A stretch of 64,000 nucleotides of DNA from a bacterium (GCA_963674595.2 CAXXFV010000023.1:768001-832000); one strand, 5' to 3'. Positions 9,906 to 19,664 are shown, counted from the stretch's first letter. Notes: generated from the sequence alone by a model not told the origin. Translations and numbers: made by a program.

Positions 9906-12035
9906 TTATCCGGAAGAAGAAAAGCCGGCTTTCCCCCCCCACTTCTTCTGATAGATAGTATTTAGCCGATCCCTGTATTCCTGGCTGATCTCGCCATTAT
10001 CAAACAGTTCTGAAACATCCTGCCTGGCCGCGGCAAGAAGGCTGAAATGTTTTACCAGGCTGCCGAAATGAAAATCAGGCGCGCCAGATTGCCGGACTCC
10101 CAGGTAATCCCCCGGGCCCCTGATCTCCAGATCCTTTTCAGCTATGACAAATCCGTCGTTGCTTCGGCACATTACCCGGAGCCTTTCCACTGCTTCCCTG
10201 GTGGCAGCCCTAACTACCATGAGAATACACAGACCCGGAATCTCTCCCCTGCCGACCCGGCCGCGCAACTGGTGCAGCTGGGATAACCCAAACCTTTCCG
10301 CATGCTCAATAATAATTATGGCTGCTGCAGGCACGTCAATCCCTACCTCTATCACTGTTGTTGTTACCAGCACCTGGATCAAGCCATCCCGGAAGTCCAC
10401 CATTACCCTGGTTTTCTCATCCGCGCTCATTCTGCCATGCAGGAGTCCAACCCGGGCAGATGGAAATACAGACTGCAGGCGTTGAAACATTTCAGTCGCT
10501 GCCGTCAAATCCATTTCCGCCGACTCCTCGACCAGGGGACAAACCACAAAAACCTGCTGCTTCAGCTCTAGGCGCGCTCCAACCAGGGCATAGACCTCCT
10601 CCCGGGAAGCTTCTGTCTTGACCACTGTCTTTACCGGTTTCCTCCCCGGAGGAAGCTGGTCAATAAGCGAAACATCCAGGTCTCCATAGAGAGTCATGGC
10701 CAGGCTTCTGGGGATCGGAGTCGCGGTCATCACCATTATGTCAGGGGCAGAGCCCTTCCCGGCCAGAATGCTCCGCTGCATTACACCGAACCGATGCTGT
10801 TCATCAATTACCACCAGACCCAGGGCTTTAAAAACCACCTTTTCCTGGATTAAGGAATGGGTCCCTACTACCAGTTGAGTCTTGCCTGAAGCAAGGCTTG
10901 CCAGCAATTGCTTCCTGGATGCAGGCCCGGTGCTGCCCGTAAGAAACCCCATTTTGTAGGGGGTTCCCTGCAGCAGGGCAGAAAAGCTGATGAACTGCTG
11001 TTCAGCCAGCAGTTCAGTAGGAGCCATGAATGCGGCCTGGTAACCATTTTCCATTAAGACAAGCATGGCCTGGAGGGCCACGATTGTCTTTCCTGAACCG
11101 ACATCACCCTGGAGCAGCCGGTTCATCCTCCGCGGGGCAATAATGTCCTGTACTATTTCCCTGAGAGCCTTTTTCTGGGCTGGAGTCGGCCTGAAGGGAA
11201 GAATGCTCCTGATGCGCTCCCTTAACTGGGCGGTAATCCTGATATCCCTCCGGCACGAACCGAGGAGATTCTTTATCCGAAGTTCTTTGAGTCCAGCCTG
11301 AAAAAGAAAAAATTCCCCATAAATCATTCTCTTCCGGGCCGGTGTTTCGCAGTTATTAAGCTGTTTTAAAAAATCCTTACGGTCAGTTCCCGGGGGTAGC
11401 GAGGGGAAATGAATTCCCCAGTAAGCGTCATATAATCCGGGAAACTTATATTTAAGAAGAATCTTTTCGGGAAGATTTTCTGGTATTTCAGGAGAAGAGG
11501 ATAACAGCCTGAATATTATCTGCCGGATCATTCTGCCGGAAATCTTACCAATCCTCCGGTATACAGGTACTATCCGGTCAGTGTGAACAGGAAGATCATT
11601 CCCCTGGTTCAGCATCTCGATTTCCGGGTTCAGCATGGTGAGGGCCCTGCTGTATTGATCCCAGCTGACCTCGCCGTAAAAAACCGCGTTCCTGCCCTCT
11701 TTCAGTATGCCGGACAGATAGGGCTGATTGAAAAACTTGATACTGATTGAAGCTTTTCCGTCACTGATTATGGCTTCATAAAGGCTGAATCCCTTCCGCC
11801 TGGTAAACCTTCTCCCTGAGGCTGAAATCTTACCCCTGACCACACACTTGTCCCCGTCGCGCAGTGAAGAGATAGGAAGGCAGGATTCCCGGTCTTCATA
11901 ACGGATCGGAATCCAGGAAAGCAGGTCTTCGACCGACTGAATGCCGGCGGACCGAAACATTTCAGCCCGGGAAGGACCAACTCCCTTGATATATTGAACA
12001 GGTGTATCCAGTTCCAGAATCATAAGCGGCTGCAT
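9906..12035 (-). CDS. recG: ATP-dependent DNA helicase RecG
   Basis: RLLQGDVGSGKT, DEQHRFG, TATPIPRSL, QLRGRVGRG, DLEIRGPG. Confidence 0.98.
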   Translation of the reverse strand: MQPLMILELDTPVQYIKGVGPSRAEMFRSAGIQSVEDLLSWIPIRYEDRESCLPISSLRDGDKCVVRGKISASGRRFTRRKGFSLYEAIISDGKASISIKFFNQPYLSGILKEGRNAVFYGEVSWDQYSRALTMLNPEIEMLNQGNDLPVHTDRIVPVYRRIGKISGRMIRQIIFRLLSSSPEIPENLPEKILLKYKFPGLYDAYWGIHFPSLPPGTDRKDFLKQLNNCETPARKRMIYGEFFLFQAGLKELRIKNLLGSCRRDIRITAQLRERIRSILPFRPTPAQKKALREIVQDIIAPRRMNRLLQGDVGSGKTIVALQAMLVLMENGYQAAFMAPTELLAEQQFISFSALLQGTPYKMGFLTGSTGPASRKQLLASLASGKTQLVVGTHSLIQEKVVFKALGLVVIDEQHRFGVMQRSILAGKGSAPDIMVMTATPIPRSLAMTLYGDLDVSLIDQLPPGRKPVKTVVKTEASREEVYALVGARLELKQQVFVVCPLVEESAEMDLTAATEMFQRLQSVFPSARVGLLHGRMSADEKTRVMVDFRDGLIQVLVTTTVIEVGIDVPAAAIIIIEHAERFGLSQLHQLRGRVGRGEIPGLCILMVVRAATREAVERLRVMCRSNDGFVIAEKDLEIRGPGDYLGVRQSGAPDFHFGSLVKHFSLLAAARQDVSELFDNGEISQEYRDRLNTIYQKKWGGKAGFSSSG

Positions 12036-12236
12036 TTTCCCTCTGATTCCAGGCTTTGCTTCGACCAGCCTGGATTAAGGTTATCCCAAAGAACCAATTC
12101 ATTTTAACAATATATATAACGTTCCAGACGGCCTTATAACGAAAACCGTCAATAATAATTCTGAATCATCAGGCTGAATAATCTCATAAACCCATATGTC
12201 TGCTCTTGTGAAGAAAACTATGGTATATTTTCTGGA

Positions 12237-12803
12237 GTGCAAATCCGAAAATTTTTAATGATTACTCTTTTCCTGTTACTGGCTTCCTGCGGCCGAAGCA
12301 TTGAAAAACAGGCCCGGGACCAGGTAAGGAAGCTCAGCAACGCAGACCTGGAGAAAAAACAGGTATCAGTGTTCAATGTCAGCCAGATGGGTGACACCGC
12401 GACAGCGGAAATAGATATCCATACAGCTGTAAAAATGAGCAAAGAAGATGGCAAGTGGCTGATTAAAGAAATTCGCCTGGGCAGTGAGAAATGGGAAGAC
12501 GTCCACAGAATAGTCGGGGCGATTGAACAGATAAGAGCAGAAGATACCATGGCTGACATGAAAACAATAAGAGATGCGGTTGAAGCATACAGTAAAGAAA
12601 AAGGCCCCCTGGAACTTGAAATAAATTTTGTAACCTTGATTGATCTTTTGGCTCCCGAATATCTGCCTAATCCAATCCGAGAAGACGCGTGGGACAATCC
12701 GTTCACCCTGCTGGTGACAAAAGAAGGCTTTCAGATCAGATCCGCCGGACCGGACGGAAAATCTGGAAGCAGAGATGACCTGGTATTAAACAATGAAAAT
12801 TAA
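12237..12803 (+). CDS. Putative lipoprotein with a type II secretion GspG-like C-terminal domain
   Basis: Lipobox LLLASC; C-terminal DAWDNPF...IRSAGPDGKSGSRDDL matches the GspG tail; no prepilin leader. Confidence 0.7.
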   Translation: MQIRKFLMITLFLLLASCGRSIEKQARDQVRKLSNADLEKKQVSVFNVSQMGDTATAEIDIHTAVKMSKEDGKWLIKEIRLGSEKWEDVHRIVGAIEQIRAEDTMADMKTIRDAVEAYSKEKGPLELEINFVTLIDLLAPEYLPNPIREDAWDNPFTLLVTKEGFQIRSAGPDGKSGSRDDLVLNNEN

Positions 12804-13659
12804 AGAAAAATATACATATTTTTATGCCGTTGCAGTTATCCTGCTGGCTCTCATCGGCGCCTCCTGTGCAGGCGGAGATACTGCGACAGGTGAATCAATT
12901 AACTGGCAGCCTGATGTTTACGCGGCTTTTAAAACAGCTGCCCAGGAAAACAAAGACGTACTGCTGTACCTCAATGCTGACTGGTGCGGTTACTGCCGGA
13001 AACTGGAAGCGGAAACTTTCACGGATGCCAAGGTAATAAAAGAACTGGGCGATGCCTTTGTCTGGGTCAAACTGGATGGGGATAAAGATCCGGACGGAAA
13101 CCGCTATAAAAACAAGTTTAATGTCCGTGGTTACCCCGCGATGTTCATCCTTGATCCAGAAGAAAACGAGCTTGACCGTATATCCGGATATCTCCCTCCC
13201 GAGAATTTCCTGGAGATGATGATTTCCATGCGCGACGGCAACACTTTTGCCGGGCTTCAGGAGAGAGTTAAAGAGAATCCGGATGACATGAAAGCCAAAC
13301 AAAAACTTGCTGAAAAACTGCTTTTCAGAGGCCAGCCGGGAGATTCCCTGAAAAACCTGGAGATGGTACTTAAAGCTGATCCTGATAACGAACAAGGACA
13401 GATGGAACCGGCCTTGTATTTAATGGCCCAGGCGACTTATGCCATGCGCCAGTATCAGCCGACTCTCGCTGTCCTGGATAAATACGAAGAAAAATTTCCG
13501 GATGGCACACATATTGCCGATTTCATGTTGCTCAGGGCCCAGTTAAACCTTGAAAATAATGAGAGCGAATCCGCCCGGTCCACGCTGGAAAAATTCCTCA
13601 AAGCATATCCCCATCATCCCAAGGCTGAACTTGTGAGACGCCACCTGTCCGAAAATTAG
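12793..13659 (+). CDS. Thioredoxin-fold lipoprotein with C-terminal TPR repeats
   Basis: Lipobox LIGASC; ADWCGYC active site; VRGYP cis-Pro loop; YbgF-like TPR tail. Confidence 0.85.
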   Translation: MKIKEKYTYFYAVAVILLALIGASCAGGDTATGESINWQPDVYAAFKTAAQENKDVLLYLNADWCGYCRKLEAETFTDAKVIKELGDAFVWVKLDGDKDPDGNRYKNKFNVRGYPAMFILDPEENELDRISGYLPPENFLEMMISMRDGNTFAGLQERVKENPDDMKAKQKLAEKLLFRGQPGDSLKNLEMVLKADPDNEQGQMEPALYLMAQATYAMRQYQPTLAVLDKYEEKFPDGTHIADFMLLRAQLNLENNESESARSTLEKFLKAYPHHPKAELVRRHLSEN

Positions 13660-13678
13660 CCGAAACAAGGGAGACCTG

Positions 13679-13802
13679 AATAGTTGCGAGTAGCAGGTTG
13701 CGGGTTGCTAAGTAATCGGGTGAGGCTATCGTAGTTTACCAAACAATTGGGGTGGGAAAAATCAATCCCGATTCCGAGCCCGACCCCAACCCCGATGCCG
13801 AG
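13679..13802 (+). repeat. Heptamer (TTGCGGG-type) and hexamer (CCCGAY-type) arrays
   Basis: aatagttgcgagtagcaggttgcgggttgc; cccgat tccgag cccgac cccaac cccgat gccga. Confidence 0.7.
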
Positions 13803-13895
13803 CATAAATTGAGGATCCGCAAACGTCGCACTTTCCAATTGAACTCAAAAAATGTCAAAGTATGAATGACGAATTTCGAACAATTACGCACTTCG

Positions 13896-14096
13896 ATGCA
13901 GTCAAGACATCGGTAACACTAATCATTCAGGACATAGGTAACAGTCCGTTTATGCCCCTTCACCCGGGCGGCAACAACTAACGCCGGAGGCGTTTAAGTT
14001 TCCCCGGAAACAGTAGGTGGCGGCGTGTGCATTTTCAACTGCAATGGGTATTACCTATGTCCTGAGCAAAAGTGTTACCTATGTCCTGAACACGCG
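13896..14096. mobile_element. MITE-like non-autonomous element with doubled terminal inverted repeats resembling IS481-family ends (outer boundaries approximate)
   Basis: TTCAGGACATAGGTAACA (13926-13943) is the exact reverse complement of TGTTACCTATGTCCTGAA (14073-14090); degenerate second copies at 13901-13918 and 14049-14066; no transposase ORF inside. Confidence 0.7.
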
Positions 14097-14115
14097 CCCT
14101 TAACAATTGCCTGAT

Positions 14116-14736
14116 TCAGATCAGGTGCCCCATTCTTTCCCTTTTAGTATCCAGGTATCTGCTGCTGTGCTCCGAGGGCTCAATTATTAGAGGAACCCTT
14201 TCCGTCACATCTATTCCCTCTTTCTTCATGCCTTCCAGTTTGCGAGGGTTATTAGTAAGCATCCGGATTCCCTTCACCTCAAAATACCTTAGAATCTCAG
14301 CGCAGAATGCGTACTGCCGCTCATCAGACCTGAAACCCAGTTTATGATTGGCATCAATCGTATCAAGGCCCTCATCCTGGAGGGCATATGCCCTGAGTTT
14401 ATTAAGCAGCCCGATGCCCCTTCCCTCCTGCATCTGATAGATCAAAATTCCTTCATCGCTCTTTCCAATAGCCTCCAGTGATGCATCCAGCTGCTTTCCG
14501 CAGTCACAACGCAGGGAGTGGAGCGTATCACCTGTGAAGCACTTCGAATGAATCCGGGCAAGCACATTTCTGCCCTTGAGTTCACCGGACACCAGGGCTA
14601 CCGCCTCCTCATCACTTTGCGTGTCCTTGAATCCGTATATGGTAAAACTTCCGAACGAGGTGGGGAAACAAGCCTTGACGACCTGTTCCGGGTCTATACA
14701 AGGCCGATCACTGCTTAATTCTTTCTGATTACTCAT
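14116..14736 (-). CDS. ribA: GTP cyclohydrolase II (stand-alone)
   Basis: RIHSKCFTGD, SLRCDCG, QEGRGIGL, LTNNPRK; start placed at ATG MSNQKE. Confidence 0.95.
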   Translation of the reverse strand: MSNQKELSSDRPCIDPEQVVKACFPTSFGSFTIYGFKDTQSDEEAVALVSGELKGRNVLARIHSKCFTGDTLHSLRCDCGKQLDASLEAIGKSDEGILIYQMQEGRGIGLLNKLRAYALQDEGLDTIDANHKLGFRSDERQYAFCAEILRYFEVKGIRMLTNNPRKLEGMKKEGIDVTERVPLIIEPSEHSSRYLDTKRERMGHLI

Positions 14737-14998
14737 TTTTGGAATTATACCAAAATCGCCGCTATTGAATCGCTTTCGGAACAGGGTCTCTACCGGAAAA
14801 GACAAACAAAAAAATATTCTTACAATCCCGATTAGATTTTTACATTAACTAAGAAAATCTTTTACCAACCGCTCAATATAAATTAATTTCTTGTTTATAT
14901 TTTCAGCCTGTGCTAATACAATAGGAAAATCTGTTGTGGAGAATTAATTGAAATTTTTCATTAAAATAATTTAATTATCTGGGAGAGGATTAAGAACC

Positions 14999-15427
14999 AT
15001 GGAAGAAAACAATATACCCACCCCGCCAGGAACGCCACCCGAAACACCACCTCAAACTCCTCCTGTAAATACACCTCCTCCACCAGGAGGCGGCGCAGGA
15101 TATGTATCTCCGAACCGTACTATTATGCTCATACTGGCCTATCTCAGCGTTCTGGCGCTGATTCCGCTTCTTACCGAAAAGGAAGACAAGGAAATTCAGT
15201 GGCATTCCAAGAATGGTTTGGTAATCACAGCAGCCTGGATAATCCTTGCTATTGCCTTAACGATCCTGGGTTTTATTCCCATTGTTGGACAGGTTCTTGG
15301 TTGTTTGGCCATGCCGTTTATAGGCCTTGGCGGGTTGATAGTATTTATTTTATGTATCGTCAAAGCCCTCAACGGAGAACGTTTCCGCCTTCCCATGGTT
15401 TCTGACTATGCAGATAAATGGCAGTAG
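14999..15427 (+). CDS. DUF4870-like membrane protein with Pro-rich N-terminus
   Basis: LAYL...IQWHSKNGL...IVKALNGERFRLP pattern; about 3 TM segments. Confidence 0.75.
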   Translation: MEENNIPTPPGTPPETPPQTPPVNTPPPPGGGAGYVSPNRTIMLILAYLSVLALIPLLTEKEDKEIQWHSKNGLVITAAWIILAIALTILGFIPIVGQVLGCLAMPFIGLGGLIVFILCIVKALNGERFRLPMVSDYADKWQ

Positions 15428-15451
15428 ACTGACTGACTCGAAATGAACAGA

Positions 15452-15489
15452 CAGGGGGTAACCAGATGTTAATCCTGATTATCCCCCTG
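15452..15489 (+). terminator. Stem-loop downstream of the DUF4870 gene
   Basis: cagggggtaa...ttatccccctg imperfect inverted repeat; no strong U-tract. Confidence 0.35.
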
Positions 15490-15523
15490 GACCCAGCCCG
15501 CAATCCCTTCCATCGGGCCTGAA

Positions 15524-15913
15524 ATGAACATCAGAGAGATGCTCAAAACCAATAAAAAAGCCCGTATCCTACTCGTGGGCTCAGCCCTTTTCCTGCTGCT
15601 GGCCGGATTAACTGCAACTGATATACCGCTGCGTTACGAAATCAGGCTGATCCATTTTTACAAGTCTCATGTTTCCCCCGTTTCCAGTCATTTTGTGACT
15701 TGCCGATTCAGTCCTACCTGATCCAGCTATGCCCTCCTGGTCCTGGAGGCTGACGGATTTTGGCTGGGGAATCTGAAAATCACCGGCCGGCTGCTCAGGT
15801 GTTCAGCCTTCGGATTCGTGTGGGACGCCTTGTTTTCAGAAAAACAGAAGGAACAAAAGCAAACCGGGATTAGCTGTTTATTATTCAGGGAATTTTCACA
15901 CCGGCTATCATAA
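15524..15913 (+). CDS. yidD: YidD-family protein with in-frame UGA (15719-15721) at the conserved Cys; probable selenoprotein (129 aa with readthrough)
   Basis: LIHFYKSHVSP...CRFSPT*SSYALLVLEADGFWLG...RLLRCSAF aligns to the YidD pattern CRFxPTCSxY...RILRC on both sides of the stop; frame stays open to TAA 15911-15913; SECIS-like hairpin follows. Confidence 0.75.
15722..15757 (+). promoter_or_regulatory. Candidate bacterial SECIS element
   Basis: Directly after the UGA: upper stem CCTCC/GGAGG closing loop TGGTCCT that starts 16 nt after the UGA; lower pairing TCC/GGA and AG/CT. Confidence 0.6.
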
Positions 15914-16057
15914 TGTCTAAATCCATATCACTTGCATCCACAACAATTAATGGACCGTCCCCTTTTAACTACCCGGCAAGGGCTTTCTTCCCGGCACCTT
16001 GCCCTGTAGACTGAATATTCGCGTGTGTTGACTATCAGGCAGTTTACTGCAAATATT

Positions 16058-17356
16058 ATGGACATGGTTTGGTACAAAAAACTGCACTGGCAGATTATTA
16101 TCGGGCTGGTTCTCGGACTGATATACGGGGCATTGGCAGCATCCATCGGCCTGCAGAAATTCACTGCCGACTGGATTGCTCCTTTTGGCACAATATTCAT
16201 AAATCTCCTCAAACTGATTGCGGTTCCCCTGGTACTTGCTTCCCTGATATGCGGAGTTGCTTCCCTTTCCGATCTAAAAAAACTCTCAAGAATCGGGGGA
16301 AAAACAATCCTCATATACATGGCCACCACTGTTATTTCAGTTTCTATCGGGCTGACACTGGTGAATATTCTCAAACCAGGACACTATGTCCCACCGGAGA
16401 TGCGGGAGCAGCTGCAGCAAACCTACGAAAAAGATGCCGCCAGCCAGACTGACCTGGCCAGGCAGGCCAGGGAGAGAGGCCCGCTGCAGCCCCTGGTCGA
16501 TATTGTTCCCTCCAACCTTTTTGATTCCGCTTCTGATAACAGGAACATGCTGCAGATTGTGTTCATCGCGCTGCTGGCGGGGATTGCCCTGATCCAACTG
16601 GAAGACAGTCAAAGCAGGCCTTTACTTGAATTTTTCAGTTCCCTTAACGAAGTCATTATCAGGATTGTTGACATAATAATGCTGATGGCTCCGCTGGGGG
16701 TATTCGCCCTCATATCAGGAACCATCACTTCCATTGCCGAAGAAAACATCATGCAGGTGGTCAACCTGCTCGGGGCCCTCGGGTACTATTGCTTCGCGGT
16801 TGTTCTCGGATTGATGATCCAGGGATACGTAACCTATTCAATTATGCTCAAGCTCTTTACCCCTATGCCGCTGGGACGCTTTTTCAAGGGGATAGCCCCG
16901 GTTCAGCTGGTGGCATTCTCAACCAGTTCCAGCGGGGCCACCCTTCCGGTCACCATGGAAAAATGCCAGGATGAACTGGGAGTTTCAGACGAAATATCCT
17001 CTTTTGTGCTTCCCCTGGGAGCGACCATCAACATGGACGGTACCGCTCTTTACCAGGCTGTGGCCGCAGTTTTTATTGCCCAGGCCCTGGGTATGGAACT
17101 TTCTCTCTCAGCCCAGCTGGTAATCATCCTGACAGCTGTACTGGCCTCCATAGGAACAGCAGCCGTGCCCAGTGCGGGAATTATAATGCTGGTTATAATC
17201 CTGGAAGCCATTGGCGTTCCCAGCGCGGGGATTGCCCTGATCCTGGGAGTGGACCGTATCCTGGATATGCTGAGAACTGTAACCAACGTGACCGGGGACA
17301 GCTGTGTTGCCGTGCTTATAGCCTCATCAGAAGGACAGCTGGACCAGGAGGATTAA
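16058..17356 (+). CDS. Dicarboxylate/amino acid:cation symporter (GltP/DAACS family)
   Basis: AFSTSSSGATLP, LPLGATINMDGT, VDRILDMLRT; start at ATG 16058 or 16064. Confidence 0.95.
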   Translation: MDMVWYKKLHWQIIIGLVLGLIYGALAASIGLQKFTADWIAPFGTIFINLLKLIAVPLVLASLICGVASLSDLKKLSRIGGKTILIYMATTVISVSIGLTLVNILKPGHYVPPEMREQLQQTYEKDAASQTDLARQARERGPLQPLVDIVPSNLFDSASDNRNMLQIVFIALLAGIALIQLEDSQSRPLLEFFSSLNEVIIRIVDIIMLMAPLGVFALISGTITSIAEENIMQVVNLLGALGYYCFAVVLGLMIQGYVTYSIMLKLFTPMPLGRFFKGIAPVQLVAFSTSSSGATLPVTMEKCQDELGVSDEISSFVLPLGATINMDGTALYQAVAAVFIAQALGMELSLSAQLVIILTAVLASIGTAAVPSAGIIMLVIILEAIGVPSAGIALILGVDRILDMLRTVTNVTGDSCVAVLIASSEGQLDQED

Positions 17357-17375
17357 ACCCACTGAGGAGTCGATA

Positions 17376-18776
17376 ATGGCAGAGGTATCACGGAGAAAAT
17401 TTCTTCAGGCCGCGGCAGGTGCCGGGATTCTGGCCGGACACTCAGTCGCGGCAGAAACAAAAATACCCGGAGACGCCCGCCCTAATATCATAATAATTGT
17501 TTCAGACGACCATCGTTATAATGCCCTGGGGTGTATGGGTAATCCCGTAGTCAAAACACCTGTACTTGATGATCTGGCTGCAGGTGGAGTCCTTTTTCCC
17601 AATAACTGCTGCACTACTTCAATCTGCTGCTCCAGCCGGGCCAGTATCCTGACAGGAATGTATACATCCCGGCACAAAATTATTAAATTTGACGATGACC
17701 TGGATCCGGCACTATGGAGCCAGTCTTACCCGGTTCTCCTGCGCCAGGCCGGATACCATACCGGATTTACCGGAAAATTTGGAGTCGGGACCAACCTGCC
17801 TGCGGATTCTTTTGATTACTGGAAAGGAATCCCCGGACAGGGGAAATACTGGAATGAGGTCAACGGCCAGAAGCGTCACATTACTGATATTTTTACTGAA
17901 GATGCCCTCGGATTTTTCGATACCTGCCCTGCTGACCGCCCTTTCTGCCTCTCCATCAGCTTCAAAAGCGGGCATACCATGGATTATGATCCCCAGCCCT
18001 GGCAGCCAAAACCTGAATTCGAGCATCTGTACCGGGACGATGTTATCCCCGTACCGCCAACTGCAACCGAAGAGGCCTACCAGGCCCTGCCGGAATTCCT
18101 TAAAAATTCAGAGGGACGCAGCAGGTGGAAAAACCGGTTTATAACCCCAGAGCGTTACCAGGAAACAGTGAAGGATTATTATCGACTTCTGACCGGAATG
18201 GACAGTGCCATAGGAAAAATCCGCTCCAGGCTGGAAACAATCGGCAAGGCTGACAATACCATCATTGTCTACCAGGGAGACAATGGATTTTACATGGGGG
18301 AGAGAGGCCTGGCCGGAAAATGGTATGCCCATGAAGTATCAATGAAAACACCTTCGATTATTTTCGATCCGAGACTTCCCCGGGAACTACGGGGACGCAG
18401 GCCCCGGGAGATGAGCCTTAACCTGGACATCACTCCAACCATCCTGGACTGGGCCGGCATTCCGATACCCGGAAACGTACAGGGTATCAGCCTGCTTCCT
18501 CTCCTGGAAGGGAAATCGGATTTCCTCAGGGAAGACTGTTTTTATGAACACCCCTTTGAATATGACGGTAAAATCCCACAGAGTGAAGGAGTCCGGTCAA
18601 ATCCATGGAAATACATACGATGGATCAGCCAGGACCCGGTTTACGAAGAATTGTACGATCTCGAAAATGACCCGGATGAAATGACCAACCTGGCCGCAAA
18701 CAGCACTTACCAGCCTCAGTTGGAAAAAATGAGGGTCCGCTGGGCGGAGCTGAGGAAAGAGGTCAGGGGCACCTGA
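17376..18776 (+). CDS. Tat-exported sulfatase (Cys-type)
   Basis: SRRKFL Tat motif; SDDHR; CCSSRASILTG; GDNG...GKW; ELYDLENDPDE. Confidence 0.92.
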   Translation: MAEVSRRKFLQAAAGAGILAGHSVAAETKIPGDARPNIIIIVSDDHRYNALGCMGNPVVKTPVLDDLAAGGVLFPNNCCTTSICCSSRASILTGMYTSRHKIIKFDDDLDPALWSQSYPVLLRQAGYHTGFTGKFGVGTNLPADSFDYWKGIPGQGKYWNEVNGQKRHITDIFTEDALGFFDTCPADRPFCLSISFKSGHTMDYDPQPWQPKPEFEHLYRDDVIPVPPTATEEAYQALPEFLKNSEGRSRWKNRFITPERYQETVKDYYRLLTGMDSAIGKIRSRLETIGKADNTIIVYQGDNGFYMGERGLAGKWYAHEVSMKTPSIIFDPRLPRELRGRRPREMSLNLDITPTILDWAGIPIPGNVQGISLLPLLEGKSDFLREDCFYEHPFEYDGKIPQSEGVRSNPWKYIRWISQDPVYEELYDLENDPDEMTNLAANSTYQPQLEKMRVRWAELRKEVRGT

Positions 18777-18784
18777 AATCGGAA

Positions 18785-19024
18785 ATTCAAGAATCAAGAT
18801 TCAAAATTCAAGAGGGAAATTCAAAATCGGCTACCCTGGTCGGACTTACATCCCTCCCCGGCGTTGCTGTTGCCTTGTTCCCCATGGTTCCGCTTGACTT
18901 CGCAAGGGATTCGGGGGACCTGAGGAATGCCTTTGGCGACGTTGATTCAACAACCTCACCAGGAAGAAATCTTGAATTTTCAATTTTGAATCGATCTTGA
19001 ATCTTGAATCTTGAATCTTGAATT
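18785..19024. repeat. Inverted pair of heptamer arrays, (TTCAAGA)n ... (TCTTGAA)n, between convergent genes
   Basis: ttcaaga atcaaga ttcaaaa ttcaaga after the + strand stop; tcttgaa x4 abutting the - strand stop. Confidence 0.85.
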
Positions 19025-19664
19025 ACTTGCGCGAAGGCGCGCAAGTCCGGTCCACAAGCACCGCCCTGACCGGAGATCCGTCTCCGCCGGAAATTTTCAG
19101 GGGAAGCGCGATCAGCTCATATTCTCCATCCGGGACTTCCTCCAGAAAAAGGTTTTCGAGGACCACTATTCCGGCAGCCATTAATATGCGGTGGGTTTCC
19201 AGGGCAGCGCTGTCCGGAGGGTCTACTGAAGGAGTGTTGGTACCTACCAGCAGCACTCCAGCCTCAACCAGGAAACGAGCTGCATCCGGGCCGGGATAGG
19301 TGAAGGCTTCAGGAAAACTCCGAAGAGGGGCATCCTGTCCCGGGCAGCGGAAGATCACTCTCCTGGCCTTTTTTTCAGTTAAGATCCCAAGATTTTCCGG
19401 ATTTATCACCGGGCCATTAACTGTCATTACCAGGGCAGACCCGATTACAGCGGATAAATCGACCTGGTCAACAGTCAACCCGTTCTCAATAGTATGCCGC
19501 GGGGCGTCCAGATGGGTCCCTATATGCAGGGCTGTCCTGATATTACTCGAATTGCTTCCCTGCCCATCCTCAATGCGGCAGGACAGCTCCCGGTAAAACT
19601 CCCAGTCCCCGGGCCAGGCCGGCAATCCCTCCTGCAAGGTGTGCGATATGTCATATATCTTCAT
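19023..19664 (-). CDS. Cyclase family / kynurenine formamidase (KynB-like)
   Basis: HIGTHLDAPRH, VLENL, ALPLKISGGDGSPVRA. Confidence 0.9.
   Translation of the reverse strand: MKIYDISHTLQEGLPAWPGDWEFYRELSCRIEDGQGSNSSNIRTALHIGTHLDAPRHTIENGLTVDQVDLSAVIGSALVMTVNGPVINPENLGILTEKKARRVIFRCPGQDAPLRSFPEAFTYPGPDAARFLVEAGVLLVGTNTPSVDPPDSAALETHRILMAAGIVVLENLFLEEVPDGEYELIALPLKISGGDGSPVRAVLVDRTCAPSRK

Noticed and set aside
15524-15721. 65-aa stand-alone ORF or simple yidD pseudogene
   Set aside because: The stop falls exactly on a conserved Cys, the downstream half is intact and a SECIS-like hairpin follows. Recoding is preferred, though a pseudogene is not fully excluded.
18808-19044. Small ORFs in repeat-rich gaps (also 13656-13838, 23365-23571, 31872-32099, 35010-35273, 38103-38369, 43033-43314)
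   Set aside because: Translations are low-complexity read-throughs of the tandem arrays or REP-like units (e.g. DSRFKIQD, TTTTTIATT).
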